Shown here piece by piece: positions 1 through 10,524 of a stretch of 44,886 bases of DNA. The notes under the pieces are model-generated. The model did no database searches and had not been told where the DNA came from. It saw only the letters and a list, made by a program, of their open reading frames with translations. The DNA comes from Prasinococcaceae sp. CCMP 1430 (Eukaryota; Plantae; Prasinodermophyta). Each line of letters begins with the position of its first letter. Within the stretch, counting starts at the first letter, position 1. The DNA is taken from the NCBI GenBank assembly GCA_013416795.1, contig RQSC01001104.1:1-44886 (forward strand). Reading direction: 5' to 3'. The position numbers were made by a program, and so were the translations under genes.

Positions 1-53
1 CCGGCGGGGCGCGCCGCCGCGGCCGCGAGGCCGGCGGCTCTGCGTCCGCGCAG

Positions 54-461
54 ATGCAGGTCCGCCGCCACGGGCGGCAGCGGAAGCGGCGAGATGGAGC
101 CGTCGTGCCCGGGGTACCCAGCGTGCGGGTGCGACGGCCATGGGCGCGTGGCAGGTGGTGTCGGAGCCGTCCTGCCCTGGTTCCCCCTAAAGGTGTACAA
201 GCCGTGCCCCGCGTATGTGGCGGCCGGCAAGGTGCGTGGCCTCCTGCTCTGCGCTCCCATGCAGCGCGCTGGGTCCTTGGCGCATGCCCTGACCGCTAGC
301 GGCGGGCGGCTTGCTCTTGGCAGATTTACTCGCGCAAGGGCCAGTCCAACGAGGAGATATTCTGGAGCGGCGCGTCGCCGGGCGCGCCGCCGCCCCCGCC
401 GCCTGCGCCAAAGCCACAGGAGAGCGCGGTGGGCACCAAGAAGGACCCCTTCGACTTCTGA
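54..461 (+). CDS. 3' part of a small conserved algal/plant protein (5' end upstream of the window); exons 54-231 and 324-461
   Basis: Acceptor CAG at 51-53, donor GTGCGT at 232, acceptor CAG at 321-323. Splicing is in phase and gives ...CGCDGHGRVAGGVGAVLPWFPLKVYKPCPAYVAAGK/IYSRKGQSNEEIFW...KKDPFDF*. This resembles a plant motif I recall as WWPIKAYRPCP...GRYRRxGQS; the family name is not established. Confidence 0.65.
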
Positions 462-731
462 GTGGCTGGCTTGCTGCCGCTCACACTACGGAGTGCTGCG
501 GGGGATCGATACTAGGGTGCCGCCGCGACCAATAAAGCCCATGCGCGCCTTATTTGCTCGAGCACCGTAGTCGTGGGTCACGCCCTCGTTTGGCGCGGAC
601 ACGCGGGTGCCCCTCGCCTCCCTCAACGCCTCTCTCAACCTCGTGGCCGGCGCCACCAAGCGCGCCTGGCGCGTGCACAGCGCCTTCACGGTCGAGGCGT
701 ACAAAGTCTTGCCATTATGCACGCATGGATT

Positions 732-1907
732 TCACAGCACTGTGTTCGGCAGGGACTCCAGCGGCGCCTCTTGTCGTTGGGAGCTCTGCATGGCCCCTGG
801 TGCCGTCCCCGGGCTGGTTCGCGGCGACTCGAGCGCATTGGGGTTGGCGGCCGGCGCCGTGGGGATGGCGCTTTGGTCCATCCGCCCCCCCCCATCCGCA
901 ACCGGATCTCCCTTCCGCGTGGCCGCCTCCGGGGCAGACACTTCGTCGACATCCATACCCCCGCCAGCCTCCACCTGCAAATCCACCACCGCCGTGGGGG
1001 CCTGCGCCAGGTTCTGCACGCGCTCGGCGCTCATGGGCGTCGTCGGCGCAGCACTCACCTCCACCTCTGTTGGTGGAGAAACCCCTGCGCCGAGGAACTC
1101 GCCCCTCTCCACCGCCTCAGCTTGGGCGGCTGCCATCCGCTCCTCCTCTTCCTGCCGCCTGGCGCGCTCCTCCCTCATCTTAGCGACGCGGGCTTTGCGC
1201 TCGGCAAGCTCCTTGGCGTCCTTTTCCTTCTGCGCGACCACGTCGGACTTGACGCGCGGCGCCAGCTGGGTCCAGTCCGAGCCGATGGCCCCGAGCAGCC
1301 AGCGCAGCGCTCGGCGCAGGCGCGGGTCCGCGCGACCGCCTTCCTCAGACAATTCATACAGCGCCGTGCAGCCCACGATGTTGAAGGCGCGCTCCCCGAG
1401 CTCACCCGCCATAGTGGACCCGCTTGCCAGGCCGAGCGCCTGTGCTGCGTCGGCCTCGGCCATCGCGCTTGGAAGGTCCTGCTTGTTGGCGAGCACGAGC
1501 AGTGGCTTGCCATCGAGGTGTGGATCCTTGAGCGAATCGGCAAGACACGCGGCTGCCTCTTCGATGCGGTCCGTGTCGGCCGCATCGACGACGTATACCA
1601 CGCCGTGCACCTCCGCGTAGTATCTTCCCCAGATGCCGCGGATGTTCTTTCCTCCGCCCAGATCGAACATTTCCACGGTGAGCGAGCGGCTGAACACGCC
1701 GCCACCGGCGCTCACGCCGTGCTCTTTGCCAAGCACGTCGGAGTTAAAGCCGAAGGTTGGCGTGGCGCCCGCCGACGCCGCCTCGCCCCGCAGGTGGCGG
1801 GCGACCGTGGTCTTGCCAGCGTTGTCCAGCCCGATGAGCACCACCGTGTACCGCCGCTCACGCCGCGACTTGATTGCCTTGAAGAGGTTGTGCAGCAGGC
1901 CGAACAT
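732..1907 (-). CDS. ARL13B: ARF-like GTPase 13 (ciliary small GTPase), intronless, 391 aa
   Basis: MFGLL start; P-loop GLDNAGKTT; switch II DLGGG (Gly replaces the catalytic Gln, typical of ARL13); IRGIWGRYYAEVHGVVYVVD; G4 motif NKQD; C-terminal coiled coil (KEKDAKELAERKARVAKMREERARRQEEEE) followed by a low-complexity tail. Confidence 0.92.
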   Translation of the reverse strand: MFGLLHNLFKAIKSRRERRYTVVLIGLDNAGKTTVARHLRGEAASAGATPTFGFNSDVLGKEHGVSAGGGVFSRSLTVEMFDLGGGKNIRGIWGRYYAEVHGVVYVVDAADTDRIEEAAACLADSLKDPHLDGKPLLVLANKQDLPSAMAEADAAQALGLASGSTMAGELGERAFNIVGCTALYELSEEGGRADPRLRRALRWLLGAIGSDWTQLAPRVKSDVVAQKEKDAKELAERKARVAKMREERARRQEEEERMAAAQAEAVERGEFLGAGVSPPTEVEVSAAPTTPMSAERVQNLAQAPTAVVDLQVEAGGGMDVDEVSAPEAATRKGDPVADGGGRMDQSAIPTAPAANPNALESPRTSPGTAPGAMQSSQRQEAPLESLPNTVL

Positions 1908-2374
1908 GGCTAGGTCCCCACCCGCGCCTGCGCCGCCGCCGTTGCCGCCGCCGCCGCTGCCGCTACGTACGCGCCAGCGTCTGCGCCGCGCTCGCGCCTC
2001 CGCGCGCTCGCGCCTTGTGCCGTCTCGCTCGGCGCGCCGCGGCATCGGAGATGTTGGCGGTTGCGCCAAGTGTGCCGGCGTGCCAAGCACGCGCCGGCGC
2101 GCGCGCGCGGCGCGTGCCGGCGCAACGCATTCGATTTGATGAGGGGGGAAAGTGAGCGGACGCAGCAGCGCGCGCGCCGCCTGGGAGGGCGGGAAGGTGA
2201 GGGCGGGGGTGTTTGCAGCGGCGCCACAGCGCACGCGCGAGGTCGGCCGCAGCCCCCCTCCTGCGACTTGTTGCGTCCCCTGCCTTGCGCTCCTGCCAGG
2301 CCTGCCCTGCTCCTCGTCGTGCCTCTGCCACGCTCCGCCCGACTGGTGGCCGCCGCACACCACGCACAGACGAA

Positions 2375-2866
2375 ATGCTACAGACTGCCTGCTCCACGCG
2401 CGGCCGCAGCCTTGGCGCCAAGGCGCCAGCTGCACGCCGCCCGCGCTGCACGCTGCGCAAGGCACCGCGCGCGCACGCTGGCCATGAGCACGGCCACAGC
2501 CACCTCTATGTCGAGCGGGAGCTGGTCGGGCAGGCGACGGAGAAGGGCAAGGTGCTCGACCCCGCAGCTTTGATGGCCGACGATGACGACGAAGTCGAAG
2601 CTGCAGCAGAAGCCACCCCGTCCCCGGCGGCGCCTGCACAGCTCGACGGCGGGCGAATGAGCGCGGGAGAGGTGCGCATGGCCCTTAGCGACATCGGCAA
2701 GAGCGGTGCACAGTGGCTTACCTCCTCAGTCAAGGTGTGCAGCGAGCGTCGGCAGCTTGATTGCTCCTCCATTGCCCTCAAAGTCTGCCCATGCGCGTGC
2801 GCCAACTGACGCGTTGACCATTCGCAGGACGCCGTCTCCTCTCTCAAGGAGGCCCGGTCGTCTTGA
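2375..2866 (+). CDS. Hypothetical protein, probably plastid-targeted; exons 2375-2734 and 2828-2866
   Basis: ATG at 2375 is followed by an Arg/Ala/Ser/Thr-rich transit-peptide-like segment and an acidic region. Donor GTGTGC at 2735, CTGAC branch near 2806 and CAG acceptor at 2825-2827 give an in-phase join ...WLTSSVK/DAVSSLKEARSS*. No homology recognised. Confidence 0.5.
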
Positions 2867-3893
2867 GACACACATTGCACAGGTACGCAACGGGGCAGAG
2901 GCCCTCCTCGCCAGGCCCAGACTGCCCCGAGGGCGCGATGGCCCCTTCCTCGCCGCCGGCAGCGCGCTTGTCTCTCTGCCCAACCTGTGGGACGGCGGCG
3001 GCGGCAGCGAAGTCACCGAGGTGTTACGACGGCTGGGACCTGCTTCTAGAACTCCGCGCCACACGCGCGCACGCAGGAGAACCCACCGCCGCACACGTGT
3101 GTGTGAGTCGAGACGTATTTTTTTGACAGAGGGGCTCACCACTCCTCCTCGCCCCTCCTCGCGCGCGCTCGCCCTTTGCGGCCCTGCCCCCTTAACCCCC
3201 CCCCACACCCACACCCCCCCACACACACAAAGCCGTCCCCCCTCTTCGTCCCCCCTGCGCTTTGCTCAGGTCCCCTGACCAACCAAGAGGCGCGCGCGAA
3301 AAGGGCGATTCGCGCGTCCCCCCGAGTGCGCGCCCCTTCGTGCAATTCGCGCGCGCCTCGGGTCACCGGGCGTGTGCCGCGCGCGCGCCACTTTTTCGCG
3401 CCCGCAGATTTCTCGCGGCGCGTCGAATTCGCGCGCGCCGATTTCGGCGCCCGCCGCCGCGCGCGGCCCTCATCTCCGCGCGTGCGAAACGCGCGGAACG
3501 CGCTCGCGGCGTCCGTTCGCGGAATCGCGAACGGGCGCGGACCAAATCCGGACGCAGCGTCCCCCAGCGCGCAACGAGCGGCCCTCGGCGCGCGCGCGGA
3601 GTGGAGATATCTCCGGCGCGCGGCGGCGAGGGGTGGGGTGGGGACAACTAGCTAGAACTCCGATACAGAGCGACTCACGACGCGATGAGGGGTGAGTGAG
3701 TGTGGGGTGGGACGCGCGAGGCGCGGCCTGCGGAGGCGGGAGGCGCACACAGGGCGGGTCGCCCGCCAGGTACTGGGCTCCAGCGTGCACACGCGCCACA
3801 TCACACGCACGTGGCGCGAGCGCCGGCAGTGGCGCTGGGAGCGAGCTGCGAGCCCTGACCACCGCCCGTCTCCGTACTCGGACCACGCGAGCG

Positions 3894-5530
3894 ATGTCGG
3901 TGTCGATGGCGCGCGCTCGCGCGCGCGCGGCGGTGCCCCAGCGCGCCGGCGGCGCGCGCGCGAGGCCGCAGCTGCGCGGTGCGGCCAAGGTGCGTGGCCA
4001 GACGCGCGAAGGGCGTGCAACACACCGCCTGCACACCTGTCGACTCGTAGGCTCACAAGAGGCCGGTGCTCGCGAGGGATGTGTGTGTGTGTGCGTGTTT
4101 GTGTGTGTGTCCGCGCGCGGAGGGGTGATGAGTGCTCGGATGCTCGCGGCCGGACGCGCTGCGGGTGCATGTGATTGAGAAGGCCGCGCCGTGACAGGCT
4201 GCGCTTTGTCTGACCCCGGCGCGCGCCGCTTTGTCTGTGTCATCGATGCGCGCTGCTCGTGCGTAGACTCGCCGAGGATGCGCGCCGAGCGATGATGTTA
4301 CCATCGCTACCTCCGAGCCTGAGGTTGAGGTGGAACCCGAGGCGGCGGAGGCTGCCGAGCCGGAGGCTGAGGTGAAGGCCGAAGCGCCAGCGGCCACGAC
4401 CGAGGCGGCGCCTGCTGTGGCGGAGGCAGCACCCGTTGCCGCCGTCGCGGAGGAAAAGGACAGGGGATACACCTATTCTACTTGGGCGCTGGCCTTTCCC
4501 TTCGTGGGCACGGGCAAGCTCGATGCTGACGCCGACATGTCGAGCGGTTGGTTCAACCGCATGGTGAAGTCTACCGCCCGCTACGAAAACAGCCATCCGG
4601 AGTGGGGCGGTGCTCCGATCGTCGAGTACGACATGAGCTACGATGAGCAAATGCCGACCAACTTCGGCGTGCCGTGGGACCGTAAGCTGGCGGAGCAGGA
4701 ACTCATGCATGGTCGCTGGGCCATGTTGGGCGTCACGGGCATGGTGGCGGCCGAGAACACCACCGGCGTGCCGTGGTATGAGGCGGGCGGCGCGTGCAAC
4801 TGGGACCCTACCACGCCCTGCACGCTCATGTGTACGTATGATCAGCGACTCGAACGAGCAGACTAGCGCGTGCCAGAGTGAATCGACGCATGCCATCGCG
4901 CGGAGTGCGCGCGATCAAGGGGCCGATGGATCAAAGACACGCGCCAGCGGCGACGCGCGGCGCTTGCTGTATCAGCGCCGTTGACTGACACGCGCGCGCG
5001 ACTTGATTCACACAGACGGAGGATACTCACTTGACCTCGCACCGTGGTCTGCATCGGCTCTCCTCGGAATCCAGCTGGTGCTGATGGCGGGCGTCGAGGC
5101 GCACCGCGCAGGCTGGCCGGACTTTGGGGAGCGCCCTCCGTCGGCCTTCGAGGACGTCCGATCCAACGACATGTACCCCGGCGGCCGCTTCGATCCGTTT
5201 GGAGTGTCCGTCGGCGCAGGCGACGACTACCTGCGCCTCATGCAAGTGCGCGAGGTCAAGCACGGACGGCTCGCGATGCTGGCCTTCACTGGATTCCTGG
5301 CGCAGGCGTATATCACCGAGGCTGGGCCGATGGCCAACCTCGCTGCGCACCGCGCCGACCCTTACAACCAGACCTGGGGCACGTACGCTGCGCTTCGCAA
5401 TGCGGCAGTCGCGGCCGCCGACACAGCCGCTGACGCGGCGGCGGTGGTGGGCGATGCCGTGACGGGCGACGTCGCGGAGGTAGCGGGCGATGCGGTGGCG
5501 GCCGTCGCCGACGTGGCCACCGCACTGTGA
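3894..5530 (+). CDS. Light-harvesting chlorophyll a/b-binding protein, divergent CP29/Lhca-like; exons about 3894-3989, 4267-4831, 5016-5530
   Basis: Helix 1 ELMHGRWAMLG; helix 2 LLGIQLVLMAGVEAHR; YPGGRFDPFG; helix 3 EVKHGRLAMLAFTGF; GPMANLAAHRADP. Intron 4832-5015 (GTACGT...CAG) is phase-compatible. The first exon encodes a transit-peptide-like MSVSMARARARAAVPQ.... Confidence 0.92.
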
Positions 5531-6211
5531 TGAGCTGCGTCGCGTACCCCTCGCGCACCGCCGTGCGTGGGCCGCACAGTTGTTTCTTCAGTCCGCACCG
5601 CGATCGCCTGAGGCGAGATGGGGGCAAGATTCGTTTTCACGAAATGCTACACGAAGGCCGACAATCAGAGGGAGCAGTGTCGCCGCGTCATGCGCACGTA
5701 GCTAGCAATTTCAGTACAGTACGCAAGGACCAGACGTCAAACCCAGCCCCAGCAGGACTCAGCGCCGCCTGAGCCTCAGTCAGCTCTCACTCAGCGTGCC
5801 CACCCGCTCTTGCGCACGCACACGCGCGCTACGCTACGCGTTCGCCACAGCGCCCAGCCAGCCACTCTGCTCGCGCGGCCCCAGCCCTCCTGCGGGCTGC
5901 CCGCCCGCGCATCCATGCTGCCGGCTGCGAGCTGCTTGCCACCGCGAGGGGCGGAGTCGCTCGGCAGTTCCATATGTAGATCGGGGAGAGGGCCCCGCAA
6001 CGCGCCTCGAAGGCCGCCGGATCGCAACGAGCTGGATGTAGTCGCCGCCCAAAATCTGCAACACGTCACATTTTGAGCCGAACGCTAACATTCCCATTCA
6101 TATTCCTGTTCACCGCGCTGTTTGGACAGACCACGCCCTAATTCCTTCCTTTAAATTTGCTGGAGTTGGGACCCAAAGAAGCCCAGGTCGTTTTCGCGTG
6201 CGCGTGCGCGC

Positions 6212-9200
6212 GTGCGCGGGGTGGCCTTCCACGGCGTGGCGCTCAACAGCGCCGCGGCGGCGATCGCCGCGGCTGCGCCAGGCGCACGGGGAGATGGCGC
6301 CGCAGAGATGGACGCGGCCAACGCGGGGGCTGGCGGTGGCGCCGTGGGCGAGCTCAGCGCGCTGCCCGCGCGCGCCAAGGTCGCGCTGAGCAGCGGCACA
6401 CTGCTCGCGTCAAACGTCGAAGCGGTTGGGGCCGATGGCGGCACGCTCGCGTGGGCACTGTGCGGCGCGGAGCTGCTGGTATGGTGGTGCGGGGCCGAGA
6501 GCGCTGGCGGTGCGGACGCTGCGCGTGTGCTCGCCTTACCAAGGGGCTTCTCCGCCGGCGCGGGCAGTGCCGCGCCGCTCGTTGAGGTGCTCGCTGCGCC
6601 TGGTGACTACGCCGGCGAGCAGCGCGCCTGCGCTCTGGTCGTGGACGCGTCTGGCAAGGCCTTCTACTGGTACGACGTGGACTCGCCCGAGGCGGTCGTG
6701 ATTGGGAGGCTTCTCGACGGCTTGGAAGGGGGCGTGCGGCCGGTAGCGATGTGTGCGGCTGCGCTCGAGCCCGCCGCGCGCGGGGGCAGCGCCTCGACGG
6801 CCGTGTGCGCGCTCCTCGCACTCGAGTCGGGGGTGATGGTGAAAGTGCACGCCAGCGCGGACGCCGTCACGGGCGTTCCATCGGATACTGGCGAGGCGGA
6901 GGACGCCGCCGAAGGTCAGGGTGGCTTAATGTCCATCTTCCGAAAGGCGTCGACGAGCGGGGGCGGGGGCGCGAACATCCGCCGAGCGGCCGCGGATGTC
7001 ATCGACGTCTTCTGGGCACCCGGCCGAAGGGGCGGCGGCGCGATGGTCCTCACCGAGGACGATCTCGAGCTGTGGACCGTCGAGATCGGCGCGAGCGGCG
7101 GCGCTGTACTTGAGTGGCGCACGCCGCTGCGACGGCTGCTGCGGCAGGCCACCGGTGCGAACGAGATCGAGCCCGTCGCGGCCGCTGCGGGCGCTGGGGG
7201 CAACTGTGTGGTCGTGCTCGCGGCCGCCCCGGCTGTCGCCACGGCCACTGCGGGCGCGGTGCCCCTTCAGCTATCCCTGCACACTGTGGTGGGCGGAGCC
7301 GGGGCTCGCGTGCTCGGGTCGAGCTTGGATGTGCCGGCAGCGGACATTCTTCACGGGTGGGTGGGTGCAACGCGTCCGCCGCTGAGTTTGGCGATCGGCG
7401 CGGCGCCTCTCGGCTCAGTCTTGCTGATGTCCCCAGCATCGAGCGTCGTGCTCTCGGGGAGGGGCCACCAAGACGTGCTTCTTGTCCTGCACGCGCATCG
7501 CGCGTCGGGCCGCCTGCTAGCTGCGTCGCCTGGGGCAGGGGCACCATCGGCCGTGGGTGGCGGTACGGAACTGCCCACGCACTGGCTGGCAATTTCGGAC
7601 ATCTCCGGCGTGTGTCGCGTGGCGTTCAGGCCTGAGACGGCGCCTGGTGAGCACACGAGGGGCGACGCTGACGTCGGGATGTCGATGGCGGACGATATGC
7701 ACGCTGGCGCGCCCGCAGCCGACGTCGACATGGACACAGGTGCGGGTGTCAGCGCGAGTCCTGCACGTGGCGAGGTGCCGTCACCTGGATACTCTGCGCC
7801 CGCGACGAGCTCGGGACGCAATGCCGCGGCTGAACGCGCTCTGCGTGCCGCATTGGAGGAGTGCGGGCCGACCGGCACCCCAACGTTTTCATCCGCCGCT
7901 CGCGCTGCCAGCGCGCGCCTGCGCGGCGTCGGCCTGCTCGAGGCGCGAGGCAAGGACTCACCTTTCGTGGTGCTGTCTGCGGCCATGCTTGATGCGCTGC
8001 CCAAGCACTGGGGCGCCAGTGGCCCATTCGCAGACATTTCGGCGGAACAGACCAACATGACGGACGCTGAGGGGCTTTCAGGCGCGGGCGCCAGCGCCAG
8101 CTCGAGCGCGCAGGCCGCCTTCGAGGCGGCCCATGTTGAGGACAAACGCGCGCGCCATGCTGCTCTGGTCGCCTTCGTCGAGAGCAGCGGTCTCGACGGC
8201 GAGCTGGACTCGCAGGCGCGCTTCTTGCTTTCAGAACATGCTGGGTTGCTCGCTGGTGCGCTCGCCATCCGCACGGCGGCCGCACGCGCCGCCGGCGTCG
8301 CTGCGGCAGCGATTGCAAAGGCCATTGACGCAGCGGGAGTGGCGCTGGTGGATGCGTCGGGCGGCGGCTTGGCGGGACGCACAGGTTCCGAGGCGTTCTA
8401 CAGCCACCTGACGAGCGCTGCGCCGGCGTTCTTCTCCGCTGCGGCCGATGGCTGCAACGAGGCGTTCGCCTCCGCCGCCGCGGGTGGCGCGGCTGCGGGC
8501 GAGGCATGGGACGTTGTGGAGGGTCTGTCAGATACGTGCTTGTCCGCCGTCGCCGCTGTTGACTCGGCAGCTGAGCGCGCTCGGCGACGCGGGGCCGCAT
8601 CGACCCGCCCTCCTCGTGGGGAGCGACACTGGGTGAGCACCGAAAAGACGTGCGCCTCGCTTGAGGCGTGTCTGGCGGCGGTGGCGCGCATGGAGCGCCC
8701 GCTGCGCGCGGAGCGCCCGCAGGCTGTACCCCGCATGCGCAAGCAGCTCCTGCAGGCGGCCCTATACGCCCTGGCTGCCCGCGCCGAGGCGCTCTCGTGC
8801 GCGGCCGAGGTGGGCGAGGCCGACTCCCTCGAGCATGGCCATCACGCGTACGTCGCCTCGCGCGAACTCGCTCTAGGGGGCTTCTCCTTGGCCGGCCCCG
8901 AAGTCGAGGGCTCAGGGACGCCGATGGGATTCAGACCGTTCGCAGCCGGCGAGACTGCGCAGTCCTCTGACTCGCGCGGCTGTGGCTTGCTCGGCATGGC
9001 CGAGGAGGCGTCCGTCGGCGCCGCGCGGCTGCTGGGGGACTCGAGGCTCGCCACCGAGCTCGAGGGCGCGCTCGCGCTCGCCGAAGCCCATCGCGCGCAC
9101 GTGCAGCTCCTCGCCATGTGCGACGCACTCGAGGCGACTGGTTGCGATGGCAGGCAGCGCATGTACGCGCTGATGGCGAACGGCCGCCCCGCAGCGTGGG

Positions 9201-9610
9201 AGCCCGCGGCCGCTCGGTGCTGCCCGGGCGTCGCCGACGGTTCGTTCTCGGAGTTCGCGTTCGCCGCGCTGCGCGCGCAAGGGCGCCGCACCGAGCTTCT
9301 CGGCCTGCCGCCGGGGCTCGCGGAGCCCTTCGCCATGCATCTCAAGGCCGCGGGCGACGCCGAGCTCGGCTGGGTCTTCGCCATTCACAGGGGGCGTATG
9401 GACGAGGCTGCTGAGTGGCTCGAGCGCATGGCAGAGGGCGAGGAGGACGTCACGAAGGCCAAGCGCGTGGAGGGGCTTGCGAGGCTCGCGAAGGCGGCGG
9501 ATGGCGCTGCCCCCCCTCTGCAGCTGCGGCTCGAGCCCCCAGCCGACGGCGTGCCCGCGGACTGCGACCACGCGCTCGGCGCGCTGCGTGCCGCGATGCC
9601 AGCGCTGTGA
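6212..9610 (+). CDS. NUP133: Nucleoporin Nup133-like (first in-frame ATG at 6308; true start uncertain)
   Basis: About 1100 aa. N-terminal beta-propeller-like region beginning LAWALCGAELLVWW, a helical middle region, and C-terminal ELGWVFAIHRGRMDEAAEWLERMA...KAKRVEGLARLAKAA, which resembles the Nup133 C-terminal signature. Confidence 0.72.
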   Translation: MRGVAFHGVALNSAAAAIAAAAPGARGDGAAEMDAANAGAGGGAVGELSALPARAKVALSSGTLLASNVEAVGADGGTLAWALCGAELLVWWCGAESAGGADAARVLALPRGFSAGAGSAAPLVEVLAAPGDYAGEQRACALVVDASGKAFYWYDVDSPEAVVIGRLLDGLEGGVRPVAMCAAALEPAARGGSASTAVCALLALESGVMVKVHASADAVTGVPSDTGEAEDAAEGQGGLMSIFRKASTSGGGGANIRRAAADVIDVFWAPGRRGGGAMVLTEDDLELWTVEIGASGGAVLEWRTPLRRLLRQATGANEIEPVAAAAGAGGNCVVVLAAAPAVATATAGAVPLQLSLHTVVGGAGARVLGSSLDVPAADILHGWVGATRPPLSLAIGAAPLGSVLLMSPASSVVLSGRGHQDVLLVLHAHRASGRLLAASPGAGAPSAVGGGTELPTHWLAISDISGVCRVAFRPETAPGEHTRGDADVGMSMADDMHAGAPAADVDMDTGAGVSASPARGEVPSPGYSAPATSSGRNAAAERALRAALEECGPTGTPTFSSAARAASARLRGVGLLEARGKDSPFVVLSAAMLDALPKHWGASGPFADISAEQTNMTDAEGLSGAGASASSSAQAAFEAAHVEDKRARHAALVAFVESSGLDGELDSQARFLLSEHAGLLAGALAIRTAAARAAGVAAAAIAKAIDAAGVALVDASGGGLAGRTGSEAFYSHLTSAAPAFFSAAADGCNEAFASAAAGGAAAGEAWDVVEGLSDTCLSAVAAVDSAAERARRRGAASTRPPRGERHWVSTEKTCASLEACLAAVARMERPLRAERPQAVPRMRKQLLQAALYALAARAEALSCAAEVGEADSLEHGHHAYVASRELALGGFSLAGPEVEGSGTPMGFRPFAAGETAQSSDSRGCGLLGMAEEASVGAARLLGDSRLATELEGALALAEAHRAHVQLLAMCDALEATGCDGRQRMYALMANGRPAAWEPAAARCCPGVADGSFSEFAFAALRAQGRRTELLGLPPGLAEPFAMHLKAAGDAELGWVFAIHRGRMDEAAEWLERMAEGEEDVTKAKRVEGLARLAKAADGAAPPLQLRLEPPADGVPADCDHALGALRAAMPAL

Positions 9611-10101
9611 GGGCGCGGCCGCGCGCTCGCGGCTGCCAGCGAGTGCGCTCGGCCAGGCGCGGTCGCTGACGGCGCGCTGGCGCGTCCCTCGCCGGGCGGG
9701 CCTCGCGCGCCTCCTCGCCGTTCACGTAAACCCTCTGATGTTCCGTCCCCAACACGTGCGCTGCTGCGACGACGCGCGCGGCGCTTGGGTATGTATGTTC
9801 ATCCGCGTTTCATCCAACGCGCGCCGTCGGTTTCGGCGGCTCGGCCGACCGAAGCCCCACCCCTCCACCCCCCAAAACGATCGGCGCAGGGGAGGGGCGC
9901 GCCCGCTCACGTGGAGAATATCCTCGACACGTCGGACGGCGACGGATCCGCTGCCTTTCCCGCCTCGTTGCTGGGGTCTGGAGATCCACGCACGCGAGCG
10001 AGGTGCTCCCCACGCAACCACACCACCAACCAACCGACGAGGCTGACTCGGCGCTGAAACGGACACGGACAGGACAACAGGGGGTTGTGCGTATCGTGTG
10101 T

Positions 10102-10136
10102 AACCCTATCCCATAAACCCTACACTCTAACCCTAA
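10102..10136 (+). promoter_or_regulatory. Cluster of three AACCCTA telomere-like (telo-box-like) motifs
   Basis: AACCCTA at 10102-10108, 10116-10122 and 10129-10135 in the intergenic region upstream of the kinase gene. Function is inferred only from plant telo-box knowledge. Confidence 0.35.
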
Positions 10137-10225
10137 CACAGCACGCTGTTTTGGTGTTGACTGATCGATGTCGTCACGGTCGCGTCGTGCCATGATATGA
10201 TCATGCCATCATCATGTCATGTCGA

Positions 10226-10295
10226 CGCGCGCGCGCGCGCGCCCGCAAAAAAAAAAAAAAAAGAGCGCGCGCGCGCGCGCGCGCGCGCGCGCGCG
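10226..10295. repeat. (CG)n - A16 - (GC)15 compound microsatellite
   Basis: CG alternation at 10226-10242, 16 A at 10247-10262, (GC)15 at 10265-10294, read directly. Confidence 0.9.
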
Positions 10296-10524
10296 TTCCG
10301 GGCGGGTCCTTGGTCGGGGGCTTTGGGGGGCGAAACCCGCGGGCTTCCGCGGCGAATTCGCGCGCCCGCGGGGTTTCCCCCGCGCGGGCGGGAGGGCGGG
10401 GCCCACGCCCGGGTGGCGGCGCCAGGCGTGCGGGCGGTGGCTCGAGCGCGCGACGGCGGGGGCCTCGTTCGGAGCCTCGTGGCGCAGGGCGCGAGCTCGC
10501 GCGAGCGCGCGGGTATCTGGCGCC

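Noticed and set aside
3658-3672. CGATACAGAG resembling the U6 snRNA ACAGAGA region
   Set aside because: The flanking U6 sequence is absent; only a 10-nt match.
5791-6100. Possible small minus-strand gene between LHC and Nup133
   Set aside because: An acceptor-like site exists, but there is no convincing start, coding bias or homology.
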